Assembly: GCF_006345805.1 (NCBI RefSeq)
Contig: NC_043003.1
Span: forward strand, 91,202,001 to 91,266,000
DNA from: Octopus sinensis
Lineage: Eukaryota
Reading direction: 5' to 3'
DNA length: 64,000 nt
This document shows, piece after piece, positions 13,262 through 26,260 of this stretch (its first letter is position 1; each line of letters opens with the position of its first letter). The translations under genes and the position numbers were made by a program. The notes beneath the pieces were generated by a model. The model made no database searches. It saw nothing but the letters and a program-made list of their open reading frames with translations, and was not told where the DNA came from.

Positions 13262-13345
13262 TGTATGTATGTACATACATATGTATGTATGTATGTATGT
13301 AGGTAGGTAGGTAGGTAGGTAGGTAGGTAGGTAGATAGATAGGTA
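13061..13345. repeat. (TATG)n/(TAGG)n microsatellite
   Basis: Direct reading; source of the MYVC/HTYI ORFs. Confidence 0.95.
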
Positions 13346-13504
13346 CATAGGTATGTTGTTTTTCTATTTTTAATTTAGTGTTAATTATGACCAGCTACCT
13401 CTTTAGTAGATTGTGAAGGAAAGCATCTTAATTGACTCATCATCTTCTAAATCATAAGGCCTTACAAATTTTTATTGTTCCACATATTGTGATCATTTGT
13501 AGCA

Positions 13505-13885
13505 TATGAATTAATGAGTTGCTTCCCAACCACATGATGCCAGGTTCAGTCCCACTGCACAGTACCTTGGGCAAGTGTCTTCTACTATAGCCTCAGGCTG
13601 ACCAAAACCTTGTGAGTGGATGTGGTAGACAGTAACTGAAAGAAGCCCATCGTATACATGTGTATGTGATCATGTGTGTCTTTGTGCTTGAATCTGTTCC
13701 CCCACCACTGCTTGACTGGTATTGGTGTGTTTATGTCCCCGTAACTTAGCAGTTTGGCAAAAGAGATGAATAGAATAAGTACCAGGCTTAACAAAATTAA
13801 GTGCTAGGTTCAATTCATTGAAATAAAAATTCTTCAAGGCAGTGCTCCAGCATGGCTGCAGTCTAATGACAGAAAAAAATAAAAG
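13505..13885 (+). mobile_element. tRNA-derived SINE with CORE-like ccttgggcaagt segment
   Basis: ggttcagtcccactg...accttgggcaagtgtcttctactatagcc; copies at 27870-28210 (-), 62770-63262 (-), 63665-63900 (-). Confidence 0.8.
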
Positions 13886-15084
13886 AAAATTTAAACGATA
13901 TGCATAATGGTAAAGCTATTTATAGGTACCCAGGACGTATGTATACACCCTCAAATTTATTGGTAGATCCTATACACTCTTTAATCATTGAACCAAAGGT
14001 GTCACCAGTGAAACCTTTTATCTTTGTATGGCATCTCATCTTTACATGGGAGCTGAGGATAAGTTTCATTACACTTTAAAAAAATGAAAAGAGACTAGGT
14101 TGTGGTTTACATCAGAGAAGAGGAATTCAAAGTCACGAACTCCATTACACCAGAATATAAGTTGTCATTTAGATACAAGGTGACATTTACAAGAGACACT
14201 GCACAATTTACACTGAGAAGCAAGTTTAACACCACTCCCTAGTCATTGCATGTCTTTAGTAGAATTCACTTTATTGTAGGTATTCATTCATACCAGACCC
14301 TCCAATCCAATATTTTCACTACATATAAATGTTTAGGTTGTATATCAGCTGTATCAACTCCACCAGACCAGGAAGGCCCATAAAGAACATAAGCCATGTC
14401 TCTCCTCCTCCTCCTTTGACTAATACAGAATGCATTCATTCAGTGTTCTCTTCTCATTGCTTCCATCTCAAATTCAGGAACCATAGAATAGTGTGTTGCC
14501 TTTCATTCCCCACTCAAGTGTCTTCTGCTATAGCCTTGGGTTGACCAAGGCATTGTGAGTAGATTTGTATTGTAATCATCATCATCATCATCATCATCAC
14601 CACAACCACCACCACCATCACCTCACCATCATCATCTTCATCATTTAATGTCTGTTGTCCATGCTGATATGGGCTGGACGGTTTGACAAGAGGTGGCAAA
14701 CCAGAGGACTGCACCAAACTCTATTGTCTGCTATGGCATAATTTCTATGACTGGATGCCCTTCCTAACACCAATTATTTTACAGAGTGTACTGCGTGATT
14801 TTTTGCATAGCACCAGCACCAGCAGGGTCACCAAATAACTTGCAAGACAAAGACCCCTTGACTGGGAGGGAGAGTAGCAATGAGGGAGGTGGCTTTGTAC
14901 TAGTTAACAAGAGGTTAAAAGTATAATAAAGGGATAGAGATCAGAGTCTTGCTGTAGAAGAGAAACAAGGATACCTTTTCTGGAAGCCTTCTGACAAATT
15001 CTCGCTTGTTAGAAAGTAAAATGACCCACATTACACAATGAAAACAGTGAAGTTTGAGGGTAAGAGTCTGATGTTTGGGAATAT

Positions 15085-15765
15085 ATAAAAAGTGATGGTT
15101 CAAAAATGTTGGTTAAGATTTACAGTAACTTGAATAGTTCCAAATACATCCAGTTGCTGAAGAACAATTTGATACTGGACTTGAATACAGGTGAGATTTT
15201 TCAGCACGATAGAGTTCCATGCAACAGACCGTGTGCAACACAACAGAGTCTGGTTGATGAAGCTGTTACCATATAGAAAGATTGACCAGCTCAGAGCCCT
15301 GATTTAAATATCATTGAACAAATGGGGACAGAACTAAAGAGAAGAATTCGTCAGAATCCACACAGTCTTGAAGAGTAGTGGGAGCTCAGCCACAGAGATT
15401 GGCATTTCATACCTGTGAAGATGGTGAAGAATTTGTACACATTTCTTCCCAGGTACATTGAAGCAATTATTCAAGTTAAGGGAAGTCACACAAGACATTA
15501 ACAATGTACAGTAAATTTCTGAAATGATTGGTTTATGTGAGGTGGCTAAAAACTTTCACATGACCATTTTTAGTGGCCGCTTCGCATCTTCTCTCATTCA
15601 GAACCCCTACTACAAAATATAAGGATTAGGTATAGAAATGACTCCAACAGGGCCAATGTTTCATCTGTAAAAAACACAATGCAAAACATCTACTTATAAG
15701 TTGGCAATTGTTAGAAATTTACAATAGTTTAAAGTGGCCAAAGACTTTTGCACAGTACGCTATAT
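15085..15765 (+). mobile_element. Tc1-like (DD34E) transposase 3' remnant with IR/DR-like end
   Basis: IFQHD.VPC and *PAQSPDLNIIEQ; repeated gtggc(t/c)aaa(a/g)acttt motif at ~15542 and ~15734. Confidence 0.8.
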
Positions 15766-15964
15766 ATACATTTATGAATCTGTGCTGCAAGATTCCTGAT
15801 GTGAAACCATGTGTTGGAACAGATGTTGTTGTATTTTGGGATAGTCATTTTTTAAAATATATATATATATATATATATTCATTCTTCACTCATTTATTAT
15901 TGTTCTTATTCTAACTCATAACCAATGGACTAAGCAGAACAGGAGCACATACGAGAATGGAAAG

Positions 15965-16009
15965 TGTCGCTGAAGAGGTCGCAGATGTGTGACGAAAGAT
16001 TTCTGGACA
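15965..16009 (+). ncRNA. Minimal type I hammerhead ribozyme motif (Penelope-terminus type)
   Basis: tgtcg-CTGAAGA-g-GTCGCA(gatg)TGTGAC-GAAA-gatTTC-tggaca: intact core, 6-bp stem II, UUC cleavage triplet, imperfect stem I. Confidence 0.65.
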
Positions 16010-16676
16010 ATGGACAGGAGTTAGAATAAAAACAGTAATAAACAAGTGAAGAACAAATATATAGTGCATGTGTTTATTTGGCAAGAAAAAAGAAAGGAAA
16101 CAAATGACCATCCTGAAACACAACAATATATATATATTGCAATATATTTATAATTGATGGGGGACACCATCAATTTGTTACAAATCTTTATTCAATGCGA
16201 CAATCCTGGTTGTTAATGACCACATTAAATGACTTCCTATTGATGGCATGAGCAAGTGTGTATGTGAGTGTGTATACATCTATATGTGTTCATGTCAACA
16301 AATATTTACACATCCTTTATCATTTTAACTTTCAAGTCTTATCATTTGACAGGTTTTATTTTCCATCCTTTATGATTCTAATTCAATTTATGTTATACAT
16401 AGCCTGACCCATCTGCAGGTTATAACCCCAGAATTCTTCTACTCTCAGTGTACTGACATACTACGAGAGAGTACAACATACTTGGAGGAACTCAGTATAT
16501 GTAGTAGGATGTCTTTTATACCAACACTTGAGGAGATACAGACTGCACTGATTGATACAACACTACTAGATGTGTAATATCCTACCTCTATGGGACAGCT
16601 GCAGGATGGGTTGAAACAATCATCATGTTGAATAAATATTCATACCAAATCTATTCTTCATTTTCCTCATCAATTA

Positions 16677-18800
16677 CACTGGTCAATAAAATTCAAACTT
16701 CTCGCTGTCCCATGAACTAAAGAAAGTGAACTTTATAGTACTTTTAATGCAGATTTCGAATCTATCTTTAGAATTTTTCTATCAGGCATGGTTTTTATGT
16801 GACAGAGTAATAAAATTATACAATAAATGTACTATATTAATGTAGAAATAAGGCTGGCAATTATAATTGGTCAACAGAATTAATGAAAAATTCTGTCTCA
16901 CAAGCAAAAGTAGGTGAACGTAATAGCAGTTTATCTGCAGAATTCAAGAGTGTTTTCAGATTTTTTCTATAAGTCATAGTTTTTCTGTGATAGCATATGT
17001 AAATTGTTAAACAATTGTATTTCATGACTTTAAAAATCGGTTTGATATTACAAGGAAACTTACCTTTAAAATGTAGAAGTTTATGATTTTCGACTGTATT
17101 TAGCTTCTGGAATGTCCCTTTTTAGTGACCAACAATAATCAGCCAACAAAGAAGAGCTCCACTTTCCTTGGTACCAGGTTTCCATGTTCAGAATGTCCTG
17201 GTTAAATCTCTCACTATGCTCATCCCTGACAGCCCCAAGATTTGCAGGAAAAAAGTCCAGGTGAGAGTTCAAGATGTGGATTTTTAGGCTCATAGTGCAT
17301 CTTGTATGATGTCAGTAGTTCTTTCACAATATCAGAATAGTTCTCTGCGCTGTGATTCCCCTAAAACTACCTGCAAACTTTCTTAAATGACAGCCACGCA
17401 GCTTTTTCAACATCATTGAGCTCTTCATCAGGCATTTGGTTTTTCATCAGCTTCCTAATCTGTGGCTCAACAAAAATACCTTGATTTTTGTGTCACTTAC
17501 TCTTGGAAATTTAGTTTTCAAATACTTGAATCCCTTGCCATTCTATCCGTACCATTGATGAAATTATTCATCAACCCTAGCTTAATGTACAAGGAAGGCA
17601 GATAAATTTTCTCGAATCAACAAGGGGCAGATTGATAACATTCTTCTATCCAGGAGTCAGAGATTGTTTCAGCCTCACATTCTTTTCATAATGATTTTTC
17701 TTATCCTGACTGTCCCTCTCACAAAGAAAGCAACAAAATTTGGTGTAACCCAGCTGCATTCTAAGCAAAAGTGCCACGACCTTTAGGTCACCACAAATAT
17801 TCCATTTATGTCCCTCATACCTCATTTTTTGCAACAGAAGCTTCATAATCTTATATGTTTCCTTCATGTTAGCAGTATGAGCCAGAGGAACAGAGGGAAA
17901 CTTATTTCCATTGTGGAATAAAACTGCTTTCAAGCTTACTTTTGAGGAATCAATAAACAAATGCCTCTCATTTGTGCTATATTTGTGGTTAAGTTCCTCC
18001 ATAACAGAATATACATCATTACAAAACACCACACCATCCTCAAGTGAGAAAAAATTTGCAAAATCACAGTGCCGAGCACAATAAAAACTAACTTTCATCT
18101 CTTTTTGAAGATTCCAGCCCTTTAACCTGGAACCAAGAAGTTCAGCTTGCTTTTTCAACAAGTTTAAATCCTGCACAAGATCATACAGATCTCCCTCAAT
18201 TCACAAATGTGGTTCACTTGAAGAACAACTAGACTTAAACTTCATGTCTTCTGATTCTTTCTCCACATTTTCATCACTTGACTCATTGTCACCGTTATTT
18301 GTTTTGGAGGGTCAGGTACAGATAAGTGTTGACTGTAAGTACAGGTCTCATAGTATATTGTAAATTAGGATATTTTACAGTATGTTTGGCTTTTGATGTT
18401 ACACCTTGTATATCCATCATGCAGAAGTAGCATTCCGAAGTGTGATCTTTGGGCTCTCTCCAAATCATAGGGATGGCAAAAGGCATATGGCATGAACCTT
18501 TGGCCCATACAGTGAGAAACCTGACACAGGTTACACAACACTCATGAGGGCCCAGCTTTTATCCTGGTCACCCACTTTGTAGTCAAAACAATACTCATAG
18601 CACCTTTAATCAATGGCGTAAAACGCCATATTAATGACTTGAATGTTAAGTCACTGCAAATATAGCAAAAGTTGTTTGCGATGTTTATACAGTTTCTTGG
18701 CATTGTGAAGGTGAATGGAATATGTGAACTTAGTACACAACCACACACCTACACTTCAAGCACAGTACTGACAAAGCATTGGTGACTCATTGACTCAGTG
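16677..18800 (-). mobile_element. Chapaev3-like (CMC superfamily) DNA transposon, decayed near-complete transposase
   Basis: NNFCYIC, WREPKDHTSECYFC, LFIDSSKVSLKAVLFHNGN, GDLKVV, GYTKFCCFLC, SLKIHILNSHLDFF...DEHSERFNQD; terminus TTA|CACTGG at 16677; other end not located. Confidence 0.85.
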
Positions 18801-19059
18801 TTGCCAAGCTTTGGTGACTCATTGACACAAATAGCTAGATTAATGATTTCATTAGGTTAATTTTATTCATAAACATTTAAATTAGGAATATTTCTTAAAC
18901 TGTTAGCTTCACATTTCAACAACTTAACAGAAATTTAGCCCATGTAACAGGACCTGAAAGGGATCTTGTGGAATAGAGAAACTGTGGGTGACACAGATAA
19001 TTTGACATTATTTTTGAATTCTGCATGTATATGTGTATGTATATATATTCATATATGTG

Positions 19060-19111
<52 letters not shown>

Positions 19112-19747
19112 CGTGTGTGTGTATATATATTAAACATATTTTAAAGATATGGGTAAAAAAATAATATACTGACATGCTGGTCAGATCTGATCAAGCATAT
19201 CACTGATCAAAGATATTCAGCTATACTCATCCTGTCTTTATTCAGGCATTAAAATCCAGCTGTATTCATCTGTGAATAAGTATGGCTTGGTGACATGTAC
19301 CATCTCTTTTATTAATTGCTTTAGGTGCCTACATAGTCATATGCAGACATTTTGACCCAACAGTATAGAGCTGTGCCAGTCCCCTTGTTGATACTCATTT
19401 TCAGCAGATTTGATGGGGGCAACATGAAGTGAAGAGCCTTGCTCGGCAATACAAGCTGCCTCATCCAAGAATTGAACCCATGACAATATGAGCATGAGCC
19501 AAATGCTCCTAACCATTAGGCTTTACACAATTCACTATTCAACTAAAACTATTTCAGCTAATGTGTCCATCGTTTTTTTAGATGGCAGAGTGTAATTTGA
19601 GGGAGATTTGATGGCTATTTCTAATATTTCAAGTGACTATGTAAAGGCTCTCACATTAATTCTTTTATTGACTTATGGTAGTTGTCATAAAATGTTTCCT
19701 AATAATCAATTTAAACAAAAACTCTCTGACTCATATGTGATTTTCAG

Positions 19748-19767
19748 AGAAATGTCTCAGTTGCAAG
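19748..19767 (+). CDS. Candidate 20-nt micro-exon (G)EMSQLQ
   Basis: Acceptor gattttcag, strong donor AAG|gtatgt; phase 2 in, phase 1 out, compatible with 12049-12079. Confidence 0.28.
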
Positions 19768-21897
19768 GTATGTAATAAGAGATTAATGATACGAAAGAGG
19801 AATTACCAAGACTTTGTGTAATATCCTTCCAATTGCAAAGAGTTAATTGTTGTTAGGGAAAGAGTAAGTTAGTTTGGTTACAACTATATTTGTCTCTGCA
19901 AGCAGAATACAGCCAGGATGTATTCTATAAAGGAAAACTCCTGGCTTTTGACTTCTTACAATACCTATCCTCAAGTAAACAAATGAACATGACTCAAACG
20001 GATAAGACAACCTATATATATAAATTCTTATCATACAGCCAGGCCCGTGCCTATACATGTTTGTGTATGTGTGTATGTGTGTGTATTTATGCATGCGCAC
20101 ATGCGTGCATGTATATATACAAATGTACTAGCAATACCTTTATCATCAAAAATGCAGACACTTTTATTAATGACAGAAAATGATACATCAATTCAGTGGG
20201 AAAAACCATTGATAAATGGTTGAAAATATTACCATCCATGTAATATATATGTATGCCCAGGCATGATTACCTGGAAGATTGGTAAAACCTCACACTACAT
20301 TTCACCTGTATTTAGCATCTCTGACTGGCATTTACTCCTATTCCATTTGTTTTTTAGTCTCCGTCTACCAGCATGACTGATGTGAAACACATTGTGTATT
20401 ATTATATGTATGATATAGATATACTAGTATACCCATGTCATCAAAAGTGCCAACAGATGATAGAAAATGGCACATCAAAACAAAGGGGAAAATATTGGTA
20501 AATGTCAGTAAATGAGTAAATAAATGTATACACACAGAAATGAAGTACTTGAACAATGAGGTATGGTTGTAACATTTAGGATAACACACACATACACAAG
20601 TAAGCATATAAATGTAAAACAAGATAGTGTGATAAGTTTTTATTAAAGTTGCAAAATCTTCAGGAAATTGTACTCATTCCCATTTGTTAAACATTTGTGA
20701 TGAATACTGAATTATAATTGATTTTAATTAAATATATTTATATGTGTGTGTGCACGTGCGTGTGTGTGCACGTGCGTATGTGTGCACATGCGTGTGTATG
20801 CACACACACACCACACACACATCTGTGGTGACTCGGGCTGTTTGGGTTTAGCCCAAGTATAAATTTAGTAAAGTGAACATGTATTTGCAAGCTGATTTAA
20901 TTTCTGCCAACACTGACTTCATCATCATCATCATTGTTTAATGCCCGTTTTCCATGCTAGCATGGGTTGGATGGTTCAACTAGGGTCTGGGAAGCCAGGA
21001 GGCTGCGTCAGGCTCCAGTCTGATCTGGCAGTGTTTCTACAGCTGGATGCCTTTCCTAACGCCAACCACTCCATGAGTGTAGTGGGTGCTTTTTACGTGC
21101 CAAGGCTGGCAACGGCCAAGTATGTAATTGCAGCCAATAATTTATTGGAACTGGTTGCAGTTCATTTATTTTTGTTCAGAATCTGGCGGTCGTCTAAGAG
21201 GTGTCATGTATCAAAAAATATCATTCGTAGCAGACATTCTCTTGACATTGTTCCCATATACCTGACTCAGGCTCAGAAGTTACAGCCTGAGTTGTTATCT
21301 ATAATTGTAAAAATTAAGAGTAATTCATATTCGATGTTTTCTTGAAACAATAAATTTCTATAGAGATTAGGATTTAAATTCCAATCTGTGAAAAGTTTCC
21401 ATTCTACAATATTCTTAAAGGAATGAAAAATTATCCAGCAACTTGGGTTAATACGAACAAGCCTGGTAGGTGTAAAAGACTAACTGGCATCTCTTGTCAA
21501 GAGTACTGGCAATAGTCAGATCACTGATGTTTGTTATGCACCCTGCTGTCATCATTATTTGCTGTTATTCTGTTTGTCTGTGTGTAAAGATCAGTAGTGT
21601 TTTGCAGGGTTGTTTTATATTTACTCTTAACTTAGAAATAGAGAAAGACATAGTATGCTAGATATAAAAAATAAGTCATTTGGGGCTAGAAATAAAGCAG
21701 GAAAATGTGAAATTCTTCAAGCAGGTGTGTGTCTTATGCAAAATCTGTGATGAGCCTGAGTGAGACTTATGACTCAGAGTTGCCTCTGATATATATATAT
21801 ATATATATAATGGAACAAAAATGCAATAGAGGACAATAAAACATCTGGACAGATAGATGATGCAAAGGCAGACAGGAAATACAACAATTATATATAT

Positions 21898-22746
21898 TGT
21901 TACGCCATGCACACTCAACTCAGGACCCTATGACCCTAGGCCTTCCGGGTCGATAACGGGCCCTAAGACGCTCAGCGCTCAGTCAAACGGAAGTTCACCA
22001 CGGAAAGCGGGGGTGGGCAGCAAACGCATGCCAGAAACCGACACAACAACAACAAAGAGAGACAGCGGGGGCAGTTGCGTGGTTTAACACTTTATAACTT
22101 CACAAAATCAATCAAAACATTTCACAACAAAAGCATTTAACTACAAGGTTAACAAACATTTAACTGATCGTACACTGAGTTTAAAAAAAACAATCAATGG
22201 CATTTAGCAAAATACAACGTCCGACAACAATCAGTTGACGTTCAGAGTTCGATCCTTCAAAACAAATAGTCTTTCTCTTTCTTTTCCTTCTTTTTGCAGT
22301 CTCTTTCTCTTTTCTTTTCTCCTACTTCTAACACAATGTTCTTTTTCTTTTAAAAACACATCTTACAGTTCTCTGTTTTTCCCTTTTCTTTTTAACAGAT
22401 TACGTCACAGAGTCCCCTTTTTTTTACATTTAAAACATCAAAGTTCAAAACACAAATCAAAATGTAAATAAACATTACCGGCACATATTCCTCTCCGCAA
22501 TACTCATCACAAAACCCCACTATATCAGTCCGAATTCAAAATGTCTTTCTCTGCCCCCTTCACTGCCATCTTCCTTACTTCCTCCCGCTCGTCAATTCTC
22601 ACATTCACTGCCTGTCTTCCTCACTTCGCCGTTATCATCTCCTGGCTGGCTGTCTGCATCAACTGACCATCTCTCCCAACTACTGCCTCTTGCCAACTCA
22701 ACCCCTCTTACCAACTGAACTCCTCTTGCCAACTGAACTGCTAACA
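21898..22746. mobile_element. Probable solo LTR or LTR-like fragment
   Basis: Abrupt GC-richer block starting TGTTA and ending TAACA, internal ccaactgaact repeats; no TSD found. Confidence 0.4.
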
Positions 22747-22799
22747 CCAGTGCCCGTCGCATTTTTAAAGGGTGGAATTTTTATTTTTTTATCAACTTT

Positions 22800-23230
22800 C
22801 CCTGACCGTGCTGGGATCAGAGATCAGTTCCAGTAGCTACTCTTTCCATCCAGGTTTTGACTACAGTCTCCAACAGCTTCACATAGCAGACTGATTTGAA
22901 CCTAAGGCCCTGTTTAAAGGGTCTTAGATTCAGTTCACCGGAAACACATTGAAAGACCATCACAGGTTGGTGGAACTTGGCTTTCATGATGTCCATGTCA
23001 TGCCTTACAGTTTTTACAGTGCTCACAGAGCGTTGAGCATCAGTCATGTTATCAGTATTTTGACACTCAGTACAAATCATCAAATACAGGTAAATCTTTG
23101 CCAATATTCAGATGGCTTCCAGCCCACATTGTCAGCTAACTTATTGTCTACTACAGCTTTAATATTTATGTTCTCCAGCACTGCTGACTGTTCACCAATA
23201 CATCAAACTATCCATTGAAAATAGATACAT
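22800..23230 (-). mobile_element. IS630-Tc1-mariner transposase remnant (DD37D/maT-like)
   Basis: MKAKFHQPVMVFQCVSGE...FKQGLRFKSVCYVKLLETVVKTWMERVA. Confidence 0.65.
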
Positions 23231-24020
23231 AAAAAAATCATCAAATTTAGTCTGAACGTTCTGTATTGTTGATGTCATATGAATCATAAATTTTCAAGAG
23301 AACATAGAATTATTTTTGTTGTTCAGTATTGATTATTTACAAAGAAAAATGTTGATAATATAATTACTGAATGGGAGGAAAGAAAAAGCACACCCTGTCT
23401 GTGGTAGATACTTATGGGACATCATGCGAATGTTCAGAATCGGCCTCTCCAGGAACCCAAGATTATCTGCATACAGTCCAAAGCTGCCTACTTGAATATT
23501 GGTCATCTACCTGGCAAGAAGTGAGGCATGTGAATCAGTCAACCACTTTCAACACTCTGCTATGAGTTAGACGCCAATATGTTTTTATGGGAGTGACAAG
23601 GGGTTAAATTTTAGAACATCTGACTAAGCCATATTGTGCCACAGCTTCATGCTGATTGGCCGATTTATAGATCAATCACATGAAACTGTGGTGGCTCATT
23701 TGTGGTGCTTAACTGAGTATCTAGCAGTTAGAGTTTGGATTCCCCCTATAACTGTTTTGGTCTACAATGAGCTTATCTTTACAATTACTTAATGGCACTT
23801 GAAAATCTTATCTCTATGACAGAAAGAATAAATATCAAATGGTTCAAATTTTTTAGTTGCTTAACGCCTGAAACCTTAGTTGTTTTCTACTTATTTGCTA
23901 TTGCAACCTGTTACAGCAGCTTTCAGTTGGCTGACACACACGCATGTATATATGTGTGTTTGTGTACGTATGTATGTGGGTATTATGTGAAATCTATATA
24001 TCTATGTATGTGTATATATA

Positions 24021-24053
<33 letters not shown>

Positions 24054-24077
24054 ATGTATATATGTATGTATGTATGT

Positions 24078-24830
24078 ACTAGCTGGTGTACCTGGTAATT
24101 CCTGGGGGTAAAGATGTTCTATTTAAACACCTTATTACTCTGATTTCATTATAACTGCCACAAAAGGTGTATGTTCCATCGCGAAAAAGTACAATAAACT
24201 GTCAGCTGGGAGAAATTGTCGGAGGTTGGCGAAAGAGGTTTTTGGAGGTTGGCGAGAAAGATTGTTGTAGGTTGTCGAGAGAGGTTTTCAGAGGTTGGCG
24301 AGAGAGGTTGTCAGAGGGAGAGGCATCTTTGTTCCAAAATTTCAGTCTTGCAGGACTTCATGATACACAATGTTTTTAGTTTTGCTGTTGGGTGCATAGA
24401 TGAATAAATTGTTCAGATTTCCAACTCTAGAGCATCCGACATAGAGCTATCCATGAGAAAAAGCAGGATTGGGACACACTTATTAAATATATTCTGGAAT
24501 CAAAAATGATAAATTTTTGATACTGTCTTTGAAAAAGTTTAACTGGAAAAATGTAGAATTATCGGAGTTATGGGCATTCAAAGTGTAATCAAATTTAATT
24601 GAAAACACCGCATTGCCAATATTTAGTTATTTGGAGATGTTGAAAAAATGCCTATTGATGCAATGTCTAAATTAATTGCAGCAATATGCATATAAATGTT
24701 TAGATATTGAAGTAGAATAGACGAAGAATAATTGTTTGATGTAGTAAATATCAAACATAATGAATCAGAGACTTACTTGAGATCGCCGTTGTCGCATTAG
24801 AGCAGCTTGTGATAGCAGTTCAAAACTGTG
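24078..24830 (-). mobile_element. Helitron-derived element carrying the Pif1-type helicase C-terminus
   Basis: Minus strand 24475-24345 reads (with frameshift) AFSHG*LYVGCSRVG...TKNIVYHEVL; CTAG terminus with nearby hairpin at 24078-24110. Confidence 0.75.
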
Positions 24831-24870
24831 AGTAGAGTAGGTCTCTTTTGCCGAACCGCTATATATATAA

Positions 24871-24904
<34 letters not shown>

Positions 24905-25265
24905 ATATATATATATATATAAAATCTCTAATTTAATATAATATATATTTATACTATAAAATCAGATTTAATCCTAAATCTAATTTTTCCCTGTAAGTTT
25001 GGATTTACTCCCTAATATTATTATTATATATATTTATATATATATATATATTATATATATATATATATATATATGCATTTATATATATATATATATATCA
25101 ACCTGAAGTCTTTACAATCTTTCTCTTCTTCTTTCCCTCCTGTCTTCTTTCTTCGCGTTATTTCAAATGATGACAAATAGCAAGTTGTTTGTTTTTGTTT
25201 GTGTTAGTGTATATATATATATATATATGTTAGAAGTATTGGGGGTGATGTACAGATTTAATACA

Positions 25266-25680
25266 TATGAAAGAAAAAAGGTGTTCAGAGTGCTGGATGG
25301 TTGTAGGAATGTATATTTGTTTACATATCCCATGTTGTTTCTTCATATTAGCACTTTCAGCTACTCCTGTAGTTTCATCAGAAAATGGACTTGGGAGCAT
25401 GTCCGAACTGTAAAGCCAATTGTCTGCGTGAAATAGAACCACATCGTAAAAACAGGAATACAGCCTCACAGCAACAGTAGTTGCATTTCAGCCATCCATC
25501 CATCCATCCATCCAGATAGAATGGTGATGGTCACAGAAAAAATTTATTGAACTGTTTTGAAATATCAATATTTCTACAGGAGTAGTTGAAAGCACTAATA
25601 TGAAGAAGTAGTATGTGATATGTAAATAAATATATATTTTTGCAGCCGTCCAGCATTCTGAACGCCTTTTTTCTTTCATA
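25266..25680. mobile_element. Fold-back/MITE-like element with ~107-bp imperfect inverted arms
   Basis: 25266-25372 is the approximate reverse complement of 25574-25680. Confidence 0.75.
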
Positions 25681-25770
25681 TATATATATATATATATGTG
25701 TGTGTGTTCTTATTAAATATTTTTTTTCATTTTGTATGTATGTAATTTCGTGTTTTTGGCATCTGAAATA

Positions 25771-26260
25771 TACAGGGTCACCACAAAGTCACGCACCATG
25801 GGAGATATCAAGCATGCTTTATTAGCAATGAAGCAGGCAGTCCATTACAAATGTCCAAAGTGTTGGCCATGGAGCTCTAAACAAGTGTTCATACGGAATC
25901 TGAAATTGCGATGAACCCTCACGAATAGCTTTTCCTTGCTGTTGACTTGTTCAAATGTTTCAACAATTCTTTGACGAAAATGTCCTTTGTAATGAATCTT
26001 TTCAGAATATACATGAGATTTTATGTAGCCCCAGTAGGAAAAGTCCATGCAAGTCAAATCTGGTGACTGTGGTGCCCATTCAATTGGCCCACGATGCCTG
26101 AACCATCTCCCTGGAAAATGTTCCATTCAAGAAATCTTCCTGGAAAATGTTCCATTCAAAAAATCTCCCTGGAAAATGTTCCATTCAAGAAATCACCCTG
26201 GAAAATGTTCCATTCAAGAAATCACGAACCTGTAATGTATAATGGGGTGGAGTCCCATCT
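25771..26260 (-). mobile_element. Tc1/mariner-superfamily transposase 3' remnant containing a 4 x 29-bp tandem repeat
   Basis: FPGRW...WAPQSPDLTCMDFSYWGYIKSHVY; TA-CAGGGT terminus at 25771; ctggaaaatg at 26111, 26140, 26169, 26198. Confidence 0.8.

Noticed and set aside
20358-20501. Acceptor-like tttttag followed by a 47-codon open frame
   Set aside because: Only phase 0 is open, which does not fit neighbouring candidate exons; no recognisable motif
25361-25413. Possible terminal exon ATPVVSSENGLGSMSEL*
   Set aside because: The acceptor lies within the arm of a fold-back repeat mirrored at 25574-25680
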